From: a bacterium
GTDB lineage: Bacteria > Krumholzibacteriota > Krumholzibacteriia > G020349025
Length of the DNA stretch: 64,000 nt
Direction of reading: 5' to 3'
NCBI GenBank assembly: GCA_031362565.1
Contig: JANLSU010000058.1
Span: forward strand, 69,925 to 133,924
Part shown: piece after piece, positions 49,020-58,618 of the stretch
Numbering within the stretch: position 1 is the stretch's first letter
Layout of the letters: each line of letters starts with the position of its first letter
Program-made: the position numbers and the translations under genes
The notes under the pieces: generated by a model
The model's input: only the letters and a program-made list of their open reading frames with translations
The model's database searches: none
Told to the model about the DNA's origin: nothing

Positions 49020-50867
49020 ATGACCGGCACGAACTCGTTTCCGACTTTGCGGCCGTACTTCAAGCGCTACCGGCGCGCCTTCGTTCTGGGCGCCACCTGG
49101 ATCGTGTTGACGTCCGCCTTCGGACAAATGGTGCCGTGGCTCTTGGGACGCGCGGTGGACGCGTTGCGCGGCGCCACAACGCCGTCGCTGGTGACCGAGT
49201 GGTTGGCGGGCCTGGGCGGCGCTTGGGTGCAAGGGGATGCGCGCCACCTCACCATCGTGCTGTGCGTGGCGGTGGTGGCGGCAGCGCTCGTGCAGGGCGT
49301 CTTTCGTTTCCTCATGCGGCGCGACATCATCGGCGCCTCGCGTCACATCGAATACGACCTGCGCAATGACCTCTTCACCCACCTGACGCGCCTGTCGCCG
49401 CGCTACTACGACCAGAGCCGTACGGGTGACCTCATGACGCGCGCCAGTTCCGACCTCGAAGCGGTACGAACCGTCGTCGGGCCCTCGGTCATGTACATCT
49501 CGAATACGCTCCTGGTCATCGGTTCGAGCCTGGTCCTCATGCTGTACATCGATCGCAAGTTGACGCTCTGGGCGCTTTTCCCGCTGCCGGCGCTCGCCGT
49601 CCTGACGCGCTACCTGGGGCGCGCCATCCAAGCGCGGACGCTCGAAGTCCAGGCGCAAGAATCCGAACTCGTGGCGCGCGTGCAGGAGAGCTTGGCGGGG
49701 ATCCGCGTCGTGCAATCGTATGCGCAGGAAGAACACGAGCTGCGCGACTTCCGGGCCTTGTCGCAGGAACTCATCCGGCGCAATTTGCGCCTGAACCGCA
49801 TCTGGGGTTTTTTCTTTCCGTCGATGGCGCTCGTGGTCGGGGCCGGGGCGATCCTGTTTCTGTGGATCGGCGGCCAACAGGTCATTCGCGGCGCCATCAC
49901 GCTGGGCGATTTTGTTGCCTTCAACGGCTACCTGGCGCGCCTGACCTGGCCGATGATCGCCATCGGCTGGGTCATCAATCAGGTGGAACGCGGTGCGGCC
50001 AGCATGCGCCGCATCGATGCCATTCTGCAAAGCGTGCCCGAGATCGCCGATCGCGTTGGGGCGGCGGCGCCGGGCCCGATGTCGGGCGGTATCGAGTTCG
50101 ACCACGTGACATTCGCCTACGGCGATGGACCGGTGGTCTTGCACGACATTGCGCTGCGGGTGGAGCCGGGTGAAACCGTGGCTATTGTCGGGCCGACCGG
50201 CTCGGGGAAGAGCACTCTTCTGGCGCTCGTGGCGCGCCTCTACGACACGCGCCAGGGCAGCGTCCGGGTCGACGGCCGGGACGTGCGCGAGGTGCCGCTC
50301 GGGTGGTTGCGTGATGCAATCGGGGTCGTTCCCCAGGACACCTTCTTGTTCAGTGATACGATTCGCGCCAATCTGGAATTCGGGTTTGCCGGCGCCGACG
50401 GCCTCGACTCTGCAGCGCGCACCGCCCGGATCGAAGCCGCCGCCGAAGTCGCCCAATTCTTGGACGCGGTGCGGGAGTTTCCCCAAGGCTTCGACACGGT
50501 TCTCGGCGAGCGTGGCATCACGCTCTCCGGTGGACAAAAGCAACGCGCCGCTATCGCCCGCGCCGTGCTGCGCGATCCGCGCGTCTTGTTGCTCGACGAT
50601 TGTCTGTCGAGCGTCGATACCGACACCGAGGAGAAGATCCTGGAACGTTTGCGCGGCGTCATGCGCCAGCGCACGTGTCTGATCGTCGCACACCGGATTT
50701 CGACCGTGCGCGGGGCGCATCGCATCATCGTGCTCGACGCGGGCCGTATCGTCGAGCAGGGGACTCATGAGGCCCTCGTGGCGGCCGGCGGCTACTATTC
50801 CCGGCTGGTGCAGAAACAGTTCCTGCGCGAGGCACTCGAACGCGACCTGCGGGAGGAAACGGCTTGA
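49020..50867 (+). CDS. Heterodimeric multidrug-type ABC exporter subunit (YheI/MdlA-like)
   Basis: TMD plus GPTGSGKS and LSGGQKQR; degenerate Walker B LDDCLS. Confidence 0.88.
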   Translation: MTGTNSFPTLRPYFKRYRRAFVLGATWIVLTSAFGQMVPWLLGRAVDALRGATTPSLVTEWLAGLGGAWVQGDARHLTIVLCVAVVAAALVQGVFRFLMRRDIIGASRHIEYDLRNDLFTHLTRLSPRYYDQSRTGDLMTRASSDLEAVRTVVGPSVMYISNTLLVIGSSLVLMLYIDRKLTLWALFPLPALAVLTRYLGRAIQARTLEVQAQESELVARVQESLAGIRVVQSYAQEEHELRDFRALSQELIRRNLRLNRIWGFFFPSMALVVGAGAILFLWIGGQQVIRGAITLGDFVAFNGYLARLTWPMIAIGWVINQVERGAASMRRIDAILQSVPEIADRVGAAAPGPMSGGIEFDHVTFAYGDGPVVLHDIALRVEPGETVAIVGPTGSGKSTLLALVARLYDTRQGSVRVDGRDVREVPLGWLRDAIGVVPQDTFLFSDTIRANLEFGFAGADGLDSAARTARIEAAAEVAQFLDAVREFPQGFDTVLGERGITLSGGQKQRAAIARAVLRDPRVLLLDDCLSSVDTDTEEKILERLRGVMRQRTCLIVAHRISTVRGAHRIIVLDAGRIVEQGTHEALVAAGGYYSRLVQKQFLREALERDLREETA

Positions 50868-52654
50868 CCGACGCGACCCGGCCCGCCTCCGAAGACGACG
50901 CCACGAGCCGCGCCTACGACCACCAGCTCGCCAAGCGGCTAGTCGGCTACATGCGCCCCTACTGGCGGCGGGTGCTCGTGGCGATCGGGCTCCTCTTCGT
51001 CACCTCGGTGCTCGAGCTGTTCGGCCCCTATCTCACCAAGGTCGCCATCGACGAACATATCGCGCCCGGCGACATGGCGGGTTTGGGACGGATCGCGATG
51101 TTGTATCTGGTGGTGGTCGTCGGCGGCTTCGCGCTCGAATACTTCCAGTTCTATGTCATGCAATGGGTCGGACAGCGCATCGTCTACGATGTGCGCGTCC
51201 AGATCCTGGCCCACTTGCAGCGCCAGGAACTCGGCTACTTCGACCGCAATCCGGTGGGCCGGCTCATGACACGCGTCACCAGCGATGTCATGGCTCTGAA
51301 CGAGTTGTTCACCTCCGGGCTGGTGGCGATTTTCGGCGACTTCGTGACCCTCGTCGGCATCGTCGTCGCGATGTTCTTGCTGGATTGGCGCCTGGCGCTC
51401 GTCGCCAATATCGTCTTGCCGGTGCTGGTGACGATCAGCATGCTGTTCCGGTCGCGGGTGCGGGCTTCGTACCGCAATATTCGCAGCCGCGTCGCCGCCA
51501 TCAACGCCTTCCTGCAGGAACACCTGACCGGCATGCGAGTGGTGCAGCTTTTCCGGCGCGAGCCGGCGGCACGCCAGAACTTCGCCGCCCTCAATGCGGC
51601 GCACCGCGACGGCCAGCTGCGCACGATCCTCTACTACGCGCTCTTTTTTCCGGCGGTCGAAATCGTCTCGGCGGTGGCGACCGCACTCATCGTCTGGGTC
51701 GGTGGCGGGCGTGTCGTCCATCAGGCCCTCGAACTCGGCGTGCTGGTGGCGTTCTTGCAGTACGCCGAACGCTTCTTCCGTCCCATCAGTGACCTGTCGG
51801 AAAAATACAACACGTTCCAGGCCGCCATGGCGTCGGCGGAGCGTATCTTCCGGCTCCTCGACCGGCAGCCGGCGATCCAGAGCCCCAGCGCGCCGCGGCG
51901 GGTGCAACGCGCCAGCGGCCATATCGTCTTCGACCACGTGAGCTTCGCGTACAACGCCGGCGAACCGGTGCTGCATGACCTGTCGTTCGAAGTCACACCG
52001 GGCGAGCGGGTCGCCATCGTTGGCGCAACCGGCGCCGGCAAAACGTCGATCCTCTCGGTGCTGACGCGCCTCTATGACATTCAGGAGGGGCGCATCCTGC
52101 TGGACGGCGCCGATATCCGTGACTACGAACTGCAGGACTTGCGGCGCCAAGTCGGCGTGGTCCTCCAGGACGTGTTCCTCTTTGCGGGCGATATTCAGCG
52201 CAACATTCGCCTCGGTGAGAATGCCATCAGCGCCGCGCAGGTCGAGGCCGCGGCGCGCCTCGTGGGTGCCGACCGGTTCATCGACAAATTGCCGTTGGGC
52301 TATGCGGCGCCGGTCAGCGAGCGTGGCAGCACGCTGTCGGTGGGCCAGCGGCAGCTCTTGTCCTTGGCGCGGGTGTTGGCGTTCGATCCCGCCATTCTCG
52401 TGCTCGATGAGGCGACGTCGAGCATCGATACGGAAACCGAACTGCAGGTGCAGGCGGCTTTGCACCGGGTTCTGGAGGGCCGGACGGCACTCGTCGTGGC
52501 GCACCGGTTGTCGACGATCCAAGACTGCGACCGCATCTTGGTGTTGCACCGGGGGCGGCTGCGGGAAAGCGGCACCCACTCCGATCTGCTCCGCCAGCGC
52601 GGCCTGTATGCCCGCTTGTACGAGCTGCAGTTCCGCGACGAAGCTGCCGCTTGA
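50864..52654 (+). CDS. Heterodimeric multidrug-type ABC exporter subunit (YheH/MdlB-like)
   Basis: TMD plus GATGAGKT, LSVGQRQ and LDEATS. Confidence 0.88.
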   Translation: MTDATRPASEDDATSRAYDHQLAKRLVGYMRPYWRRVLVAIGLLFVTSVLELFGPYLTKVAIDEHIAPGDMAGLGRIAMLYLVVVVGGFALEYFQFYVMQWVGQRIVYDVRVQILAHLQRQELGYFDRNPVGRLMTRVTSDVMALNELFTSGLVAIFGDFVTLVGIVVAMFLLDWRLALVANIVLPVLVTISMLFRSRVRASYRNIRSRVAAINAFLQEHLTGMRVVQLFRREPAARQNFAALNAAHRDGQLRTILYYALFFPAVEIVSAVATALIVWVGGGRVVHQALELGVLVAFLQYAERFFRPISDLSEKYNTFQAAMASAERIFRLLDRQPAIQSPSAPRRVQRASGHIVFDHVSFAYNAGEPVLHDLSFEVTPGERVAIVGATGAGKTSILSVLTRLYDIQEGRILLDGADIRDYELQDLRRQVGVVLQDVFLFAGDIQRNIRLGENAISAAQVEAAARLVGADRFIDKLPLGYAAPVSERGSTLSVGQRQLLSLARVLAFDPAILVLDEATSSIDTETELQVQAALHRVLEGRTALVVAHRLSTIQDCDRILVLHRGRLRESGTHSDLLRQRGLYARLYELQFRDEAAA

Positions 52655-52731
52655 TGCGGCAGAGGCCAGAGGCTTTCGCGCCTCCATCTTAGAGTATGAT
52701 GCGCGCGGCTCGTTCAGCAGGAGGAATTGCC

Positions 52732-55452
52732 ATGGCGACGACAGCGCAAACCGGGCCGCGGCCGCCGCGCGGGCCGCTGCGGTTGGTGGCCGTGCTGCTT
52801 GTAGCGCTGGTCGTGGCCGGCCGCGCGGTGGATTGGTTCGTCGACGCGCTGTGGTTTCAGGAACTTGGCGCGTTGCAAGTCTGGACGACCGGCGTTCGGC
52901 AGAACGCGCTCATCGGCACGTTTGCTTTTGTGGTCGCATTCGCGGTGCTCGGATTTGCGGTCCTGCGCGTTCTGCGCCGCGGCCCTGCGTTGCGTTTTGG
53001 CCGCGACGGGGAAGTGCGCATCGTTCCCGCCGACCGGCGCTTCCGGCCGGTGGTTCTGGCGGCAGTCGGCGTCGTGGCGCTGTTCTTTGCCGCTGAACTG
53101 GGTTCGCACTGGCTCGAACTGCGGCTCGCCCTCGAGCGCGTGCCCTACGGAGTTCGCGAGCCGATCTTTGGCCGCGATGCCGCCGATTACGTGTTTGTCC
53201 TTCCGGCTGCCGTGCGCATTGTCAATTGGCTGATCGCCCTGGTTGTCCTGGCGCTTGGCGCGACGGGCGCACTCGAGGCCCTGTTCGCTTCGACCACCGG
53301 CGCCCGAACTCTCACCGCCGCCGCGTGGCGGGGTCTCGGTGCCTGGACCGCGGCGTTGTTCGCGCTCATCGGCATGCGCATCGGCCTCGAGCAATTCAGT
53401 GTGCTCTATTCGCCGCACGGCACGCTCTACGGCGCCGGCTATACCGATGTCCACGCCCGGCTGCCGGCGTTTCGAATTCTCGCCGTGGCGGCGTTCGTGG
53501 TCGCCGCAGCGGTCGCAGCCGGGGCCTGGCGCGGCCGCGTGCGCGTTGCCGCCATGGCGGTCGGCGCCTGGCTGGTCATCGCCATCTTGGGTTTGGGCCT
53601 CGTACCGACCGCGATGCAAAAACTCTTTGTCGAGCCCACCGAGTTGGCCAAGGAAAAGCCGTTCCTCGAGGCCGCCATTCATCTGACCCGCGCCGCGTAC
53701 GACCTCGACGCGATCGAAGCGCGGCCGTTTCAGGTCGACAAGAGCCTCGACGCCGCGGGCCTGGCCCAGCACGCCGATTTGCTCGACAACGTCCGGCTGT
53801 GGGATTGGAAGCCGCTCTTGGCGACCTATGGGCAGATCCAGGAAATCCGTCTCTACTACAATTTCGGCGATGTCGATATCGATCGCTATACGGTCGGCGG
53901 CCGGACCCGCCAGGTGATGCTGTCGGCGCGCGAATTGGCGTACGACCAACTTCCCGAAGGCGCCCGCACCTGGGTCAATCTGCACCTCAAGTACACCCAT
54001 GGCTATGGTCTCTGCATGAGTCCCGTCACCCACGTGACGCGCGAAGGCCTACCGGATCTGTGGGTGCGCGATATTCCACCGGTGAGCAGCATCGATCTGC
54101 CGCTCGAGCGGCCCGAGATCTACTACGGCGAGCAGACTTCGGTTTTCGCGCTCGTCGGCACCGGGACCGATGAATTCGACTACCCGACCGGCGAGAGCAA
54201 TCAATTGGTGCGCTATGCCGGCAAGGGCGGCATCCCGGTCGGTTCGGCGGCGCGGCGCCTGCTGTTCGCCTGGGCGCTCCAATCGCGGGAAATGCTGTTC
54301 ACGAGCTATCTCAAGCCCGAGTCACGCCTGTTGCTGCGCCGCAGTCTGCGGGCCCGCGCCCCGCACATCGCGCCCTTTCTGCGCTATGACCACGATCCGT
54401 ACCTTGTCGTCGCCGATGGACGCTGCGTGTGGATCCAGGACGCCTATACAGCCAGCGACCGGTTTCCAAACTCGTTTCGGAGCGGCGACCTGAACACGAT
54501 CCGCAACGCCGTCAAGATCACGGTGGATGCGTACGACGGCACGACGCGCTTCTACAGCGCCGATTCCAAGGACCCGCTGCTGCGCGCCTACAGCGCCATT
54601 TTCCCGGAGCTCTTTCTGCCGCTCGACCAGATGCCGGCCGCGCTGCGCGCCCACCTGCGTTTCCCGGAAGATTTGTTCGACATCCAGGCGCACGTCCTGG
54701 CGACGTATCACATGCAAGATCCGCAGGTGTTCTACAACCGCGAAGATCTCTGGGCCGCGCCGCTCGAAAGATCCAGCGGCCGCGAAGTGACGCTCGATCC
54801 CTACTACGCGATGGTGCAGGTCGAACCGGGCGGCGCCGCCGAGTTCGTGCTGATGCAACCGTTTACGCCAGCCGGCAAGGACAACATGATTGCCTGCTTG
54901 GTGGCGCGCTGTGACGGCGAGCATCGCGGCGAGCGCTATGTGGCGTTGTATCCGAAACAGGAACTCATCTACGGGCCTCGTCAGATCGAAGCCCGCATCG
55001 ACCAAGATGGGGCCATCTCGCAGTTGTTGACCCTGTGGAGCCAACATGGTTCGAACGTCTTGCGCGGTACGCTTTTGGTGATGCCGATCGGGCAAGCGCT
55101 GTTGTACGTCGAGCCGTTGTATTTGCAGGCGGAGAACGGCGGTTTGCCAGAACTGAAGCGCGTCATCGTGGCGCATGGTGACCGGATCGAGATCGGGGAG
55201 AATCTGCAGGATGCGCTCAGCCGCCTCGTGGTCGGCGCCGACGCGAGTTTCCAAGCGGCCGAGCCCGCGGTGCCCGGCGCCGCGCCGCCATCGGCGCCGC
55301 ACGCCGGCGGACCCGATCCAGGCCGCGCCCTCGGCTTGTTGCAAGACGCCGAAGCGGCGCTCCGCAATGGCGACTGGGTGGCGCACGGACGCGCCATGCA
55401 AGAGCTGCGGCAGTTTCTTCAGAACGCTTCCGGCGCGCCGCCGCGGCCGTAG
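52732..55452 (+). CDS. UPF0182 family membrane protein
   Basis: LWFQELG, GAGYTDV, NVRLWD, YYNFGDVDIDRY, YTHGYG, PEIYYGE, RNAVK, FYNREDLW, PELKRVI; AGGAGG SD. Confidence 0.92.
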   Translation: MATTAQTGPRPPRGPLRLVAVLLVALVVAGRAVDWFVDALWFQELGALQVWTTGVRQNALIGTFAFVVAFAVLGFAVLRVLRRGPALRFGRDGEVRIVPADRRFRPVVLAAVGVVALFFAAELGSHWLELRLALERVPYGVREPIFGRDAADYVFVLPAAVRIVNWLIALVVLALGATGALEALFASTTGARTLTAAAWRGLGAWTAALFALIGMRIGLEQFSVLYSPHGTLYGAGYTDVHARLPAFRILAVAAFVVAAAVAAGAWRGRVRVAAMAVGAWLVIAILGLGLVPTAMQKLFVEPTELAKEKPFLEAAIHLTRAAYDLDAIEARPFQVDKSLDAAGLAQHADLLDNVRLWDWKPLLATYGQIQEIRLYYNFGDVDIDRYTVGGRTRQVMLSARELAYDQLPEGARTWVNLHLKYTHGYGLCMSPVTHVTREGLPDLWVRDIPPVSSIDLPLERPEIYYGEQTSVFALVGTGTDEFDYPTGESNQLVRYAGKGGIPVGSAARRLLFAWALQSREMLFTSYLKPESRLLLRRSLRARAPHIAPFLRYDHDPYLVVADGRCVWIQDAYTASDRFPNSFRSGDLNTIRNAVKITVDAYDGTTRFYSADSKDPLLRAYSAIFPELFLPLDQMPAALRAHLRFPEDLFDIQAHVLATYHMQDPQVFYNREDLWAAPLERSSGREVTLDPYYAMVQVEPGGAAEFVLMQPFTPAGKDNMIACLVARCDGEHRGERYVALYPKQELIYGPRQIEARIDQDGAISQLLTLWSQHGSNVLRGTLLVMPIGQALLYVEPLYLQAENGGLPELKRVIVAHGDRIEIGENLQDALSRLVVGADASFQAAEPAVPGAAPPSAPHAGGPDPGRALGLLQDAEAALRNGDWVAHGRAMQELRQFLQNASGAPPRP

Positions 55453-55462
55453 TGCCGCGCGA

Positions 55463-58156
55463 CTACGAGCCCGCGAGGACGAGGCGTTGCACGGCAACGC
55501 CGTCACGGGCCTCGAGACGCACCCAGTAGAGGCCGCGGGCGAGCCGCGCGCCCTGGGCATCATGGCGGTCCCACGTCACGGTTTGCCAACCCACAGCGCC
55601 GCGGATGTCGGCGACGGTGCAGAGTCGCGCGCCGTGGACGTTGTAGATTGCGAGCCGCACGGGTTGCGAACGCGGCAGCGTGAATCGAAATTGAACCTGG
55701 CCGGCGCGAACTTCGGGTACGGCGAATTGCGGCGCGGTCTGAAGAGCACTGCTGATGCCTGGAAACGGCCCGGCATCGCTTGCAGCGCCGGATGCGAACA
55801 CGAGACGCAGGCGGTACGCCGGGGCCGGAAATGCATCCACGACGCGCATCGAGCGCGCCGGCGCGAGACCGCTCTGCACGACGGTCCACAGCGCGCCGTC
55901 CTGGCGTTGCAAATCGATCGTACGCAAGGCGGATGCATCACCTCCAAGGCGCCACTCGATCGACGCGCCCGCAGGGGTCGGCGTGACGCTCCAGTCCTGC
56001 ACCGCGACCGGTGTCACAGTGCCGAGCTGCCGCAGCACCGTCGCCGTCGATGCACCGCCGTTCGCAGTCACCAAATCGAGACGGCCATCCTGGTCGAGGT
56101 CCGCGGCTTGGAGCGCGATCGGCAGCGGTCCGGCACCCCAGTCGGCGCGCGCGCCCAGACCGCCATCGCCGTCGCCCAGCCACACACTGACGGTGAAGGC
56201 GCCGGCGTTCGCGACCGCGACATCCTGTGTGCCGTCGCCGTCGGCATCGAAAACGACCGGTGCCCAGGCTCTGAAGCCGGCGGTAACGGTGGTCAGCACA
56301 CTCGTCGCCGCCGGCGCGTCATGCAAGACAACGACCGTGCCGAGTTCCGGCCCGCGCCCGAAGGCGGACTGTGCAACGACGATTTCGGCACCCGCCTGCC
56401 CATCGAGTTCACCGGCCGCGAGGCGGCGCGGTTCGTAGCCGGTCAAGGTGTCGGTGCGGCGATCGAATCCGCCGGGCGCGCCGTGCCATACGGTGACTCC
56501 ACCTTGGAGCGCGTTGGCGCTGCGCCGAAAACTGGCGGCGATGTCGATCGCGCCGTCGGCGTCGAAATCCGCCGCGACGATGCCGGCCGGCAACGGTCCG
56601 ACGTCGAGCCGCGGGCCCGGATCGAAGCGGCCATCGCCACGGCCGTGCAAAACCAGCACGCCGCCGTCGGCCGGAAACGCACTGTCCAAGAGGGCGACGG
56701 CGACATCCAATTGCGGACCGGCATCGAAATGGGCTACCGCGAGTGCTGTGGCCGGGGCGGGAAGCGGAGTCGCGAGCGGGGCGGCGAAATTGCCATAGCC
56801 GTCGCCGAGTTGTACGACGACCGCGGGGGATGCGGCGTCGGCGGTGACCGCGACAAAATCGAGCCGGTTGTCGGCATTCACATCCGCCAACGCCGCGTCG
56901 GTGATGTTGGCGAGCGTCGGAAAGTCGTAGCGGGCCGCGAATGAACCGTTGCCCAAGCCCAGGTGCACCGCCAAAACCGGCGTCACGCCACCGGGCACCA
57001 CGACATCCGGAATGCCGTCGCCGTTCACATCAGCCACGCCAAGAGCGCGCGGCGCGACGGCAGTGTAGAGCGGCTGCGGACCGAAGGCCGCGTCACCCTG
57101 GCCCCACACCGCAGCAAACCCTTCGGTGTCTTCGCATGCCGTGATGACATCATCGTGGCCGTCGCCATCCAAATCGGCAACGCGCATGGCGCGCGGGAAA
57201 GCGCCGGCGTCGAACAGCGGTGCGTAGGTGAAAGTCATGCCTTGGGCGAGAAGTGGCTCGACTTGCGCACCCAACGTGAGGACATCGTCGCGCGCATCGT
57301 GGTTCGCATCGATCATCGCTAGATCCAGGACGACCGACGGCAAGAGAAGCACAGCGGTGGCCGACCACGCGCCCGAGCTACCGGCGGCGATGCGGCGCAG
57401 CCAACGCACCGGAGTTCCAAACAAGTTCTGTGATGTCGCGACGTAGAATTCGACTGCAGCGCCGTTCTGCAATTCCGGGAGAGGGTGCAGCGTCCATGCC
57501 GACGGACTGCCGTCGAGCGGAATGCTCTCGGGGACGAAGGCTCCGTGTCCATCGCCGTGCAGCAGTACGAGCGCCGACGGCGACTCCGTCAGTACGGCAA
57601 GATCCGGCGTGCCATCCGCTTCGATGTCGACGGCGAGGACATCGAGGGGCCCGCCGCCCAGAGTGATTGGCGTGCGGGCCGCAAACCGGCCGTCGCCGCT
57701 GCCGTGCATGACGCCCAGATCCGTGTTCCCTTCCGCATCCATCTCGATCGTCGCCGCGTCGAGGAGCGAATCCACATCGGCGTGCAGCAAGGCAAGTGCG
57801 ATGGGGGCACCGGCGAGCGGCGTATCGGGGCCGCGCTCGAACGTTGCGCTGCCGCGGCCACGGAGTACCGAGAGCGCATGCGCCCGCGTGCATGCGACGA
57901 CCAGATCCTCGAAACCATCCGGCTCGAGATCGGCAATGCGCAGCAGGGAAGGACCCGCCGCGGTCGCGAGTTCGGTTGCCGGCGTGAAGGTGCGCCCGGG
58001 CGCGCCACGCAGGAGCGAGACGGAATTCCACAGTGGATTGCAAAGCACGACGTCCGGCCGGCCGTCGTGATCGAGGTCGGCGACTTCGACCGAGGCGGGC
58101 TGGCGGCCGGTCACGAAGGCCGCAAACGGTGCGTTGAAAAGTGGTGCGGCATGCAC
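55463..58156 (-). CDS. FG-GAP/VCBS repeat secreted protein with C-terminal FlgD-Ig/T9SS-like domain (start unresolved)
   Basis: Many DxDxDG repeats (DLDHDGRPD, DLDGDGHDD, DVNGDGIPD, DLDQDGRLD); C-terminal IYNVHG…WD…GLYWVRL. GTG 58156 is the first in-frame start after the tRNA, but it removes an apparent signal peptide. Confidence 0.8.
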   Translation of the reverse strand: MHAAPLFNAPFAAFVTGRQPASVEVADLDHDGRPDVVLCNPLWNSVSLLRGAPGRTFTPATELATAAGPSLLRIADLEPDGFEDLVVACTRAHALSVLRGRGSATFERGPDTPLAGAPIALALLHADVDSLLDAATIEMDAEGNTDLGVMHGSGDGRFAARTPITLGGGPLDVLAVDIEADGTPDLAVLTESPSALVLLHGDGHGAFVPESIPLDGSPSAWTLHPLPELQNGAAVEFYVATSQNLFGTPVRWLRRIAAGSSGAWSATAVLLLPSVVLDLAMIDANHDARDDVLTLGAQVEPLLAQGMTFTYAPLFDAGAFPRAMRVADLDGDGHDDVITACEDTEGFAAVWGQGDAAFGPQPLYTAVAPRALGVADVNGDGIPDVVVPGGVTPVLAVHLGLGNGSFAARYDFPTLANITDAALADVNADNRLDFVAVTADAASPAVVVQLGDGYGNFAAPLATPLPAPATALAVAHFDAGPQLDVAVALLDSAFPADGGVLVLHGRGDGRFDPGPRLDVGPLPAGIVAADFDADGAIDIAASFRRSANALQGGVTVWHGAPGGFDRRTDTLTGYEPRRLAAGELDGQAGAEIVVAQSAFGRGPELGTVVVLHDAPAATSVLTTVTAGFRAWAPVVFDADGDGTQDVAVANAGAFTVSVWLGDGDGGLGARADWGAGPLPIALQAADLDQDGRLDLVTANGGASTATVLRQLGTVTPVAVQDWSVTPTPAGASIEWRLGGDASALRTIDLQRQDGALWTVVQSGLAPARSMRVVDAFPAPAYRLRLVFASGAASDAGPFPGISSALQTAPQFAVPEVRAGQVQFRFTLPRSQPVRLAIYNVHGARLCTVADIRGAVGWQTVTWDRHDAQGARLARGLYWVRLEARDGVAVQRLVLAGS

Positions 58157-58227
58157 GATCGGTGCGAGAAATACCCCGAGTACGAAACCCGCGGCGGCGA
58201 GAGGGCCGCGGGCGCAACCGAAAAAAG

Positions 58228-58316
58228 TGGTGCCGGAGAAGGGACTTGAACCCTTACGGGGCGTAAACCCCGACGGATTTTGAATCCGTTGCGTCTGCCA
58301 ATTCCGCCACTCCGGC
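58228..58316 (-). tRNA. tRNA-Leu(CAA)
   Basis: Minus strand reads GCCGGAGTGGCGGAATTGGCAGACGC…ACGGATT-CAA-AATCCGT, long variable arm, GGTTCAAGTCC…CCGGCACCA. Confidence 0.96.
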
Positions 58317-58403
58317 ACGACATACACTCGCAAGAACGGCCGCCGTTCCGCGGCTCCAACCTTGGGCCCTCGAGGCATGGCCCAGGCGGCGTGCTCGTCG
58401 AGC

Positions 58404-58433
58404 AGGCTACGGCGGGCGGCGCTCGGGCGTCAA
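58404..58433 (-). promoter_or_regulatory. Possible promoter of tRNA-Leu
   Basis: Minus strand TTGACG, 18 nt spacer, TAGCCT. Confidence 0.45.
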
Positions 58434-58618
58434 TGGAGGCCTGCCACGGCCGAGTGCCGAGGCGAACGGGTTGGCGATTGCGCGTTTCTACCCTAATCGG
58501 CATTCGCTGCGATGAATCGTCAGGGTCAGCTCGCGTGCGAAACGGTTCTCATCGATCATGAAGGTTGACGGCGCCCGCAGGTCAGGCGCAAGATTCTTGG
58601 CGTCAAAGGGGGACAGCC

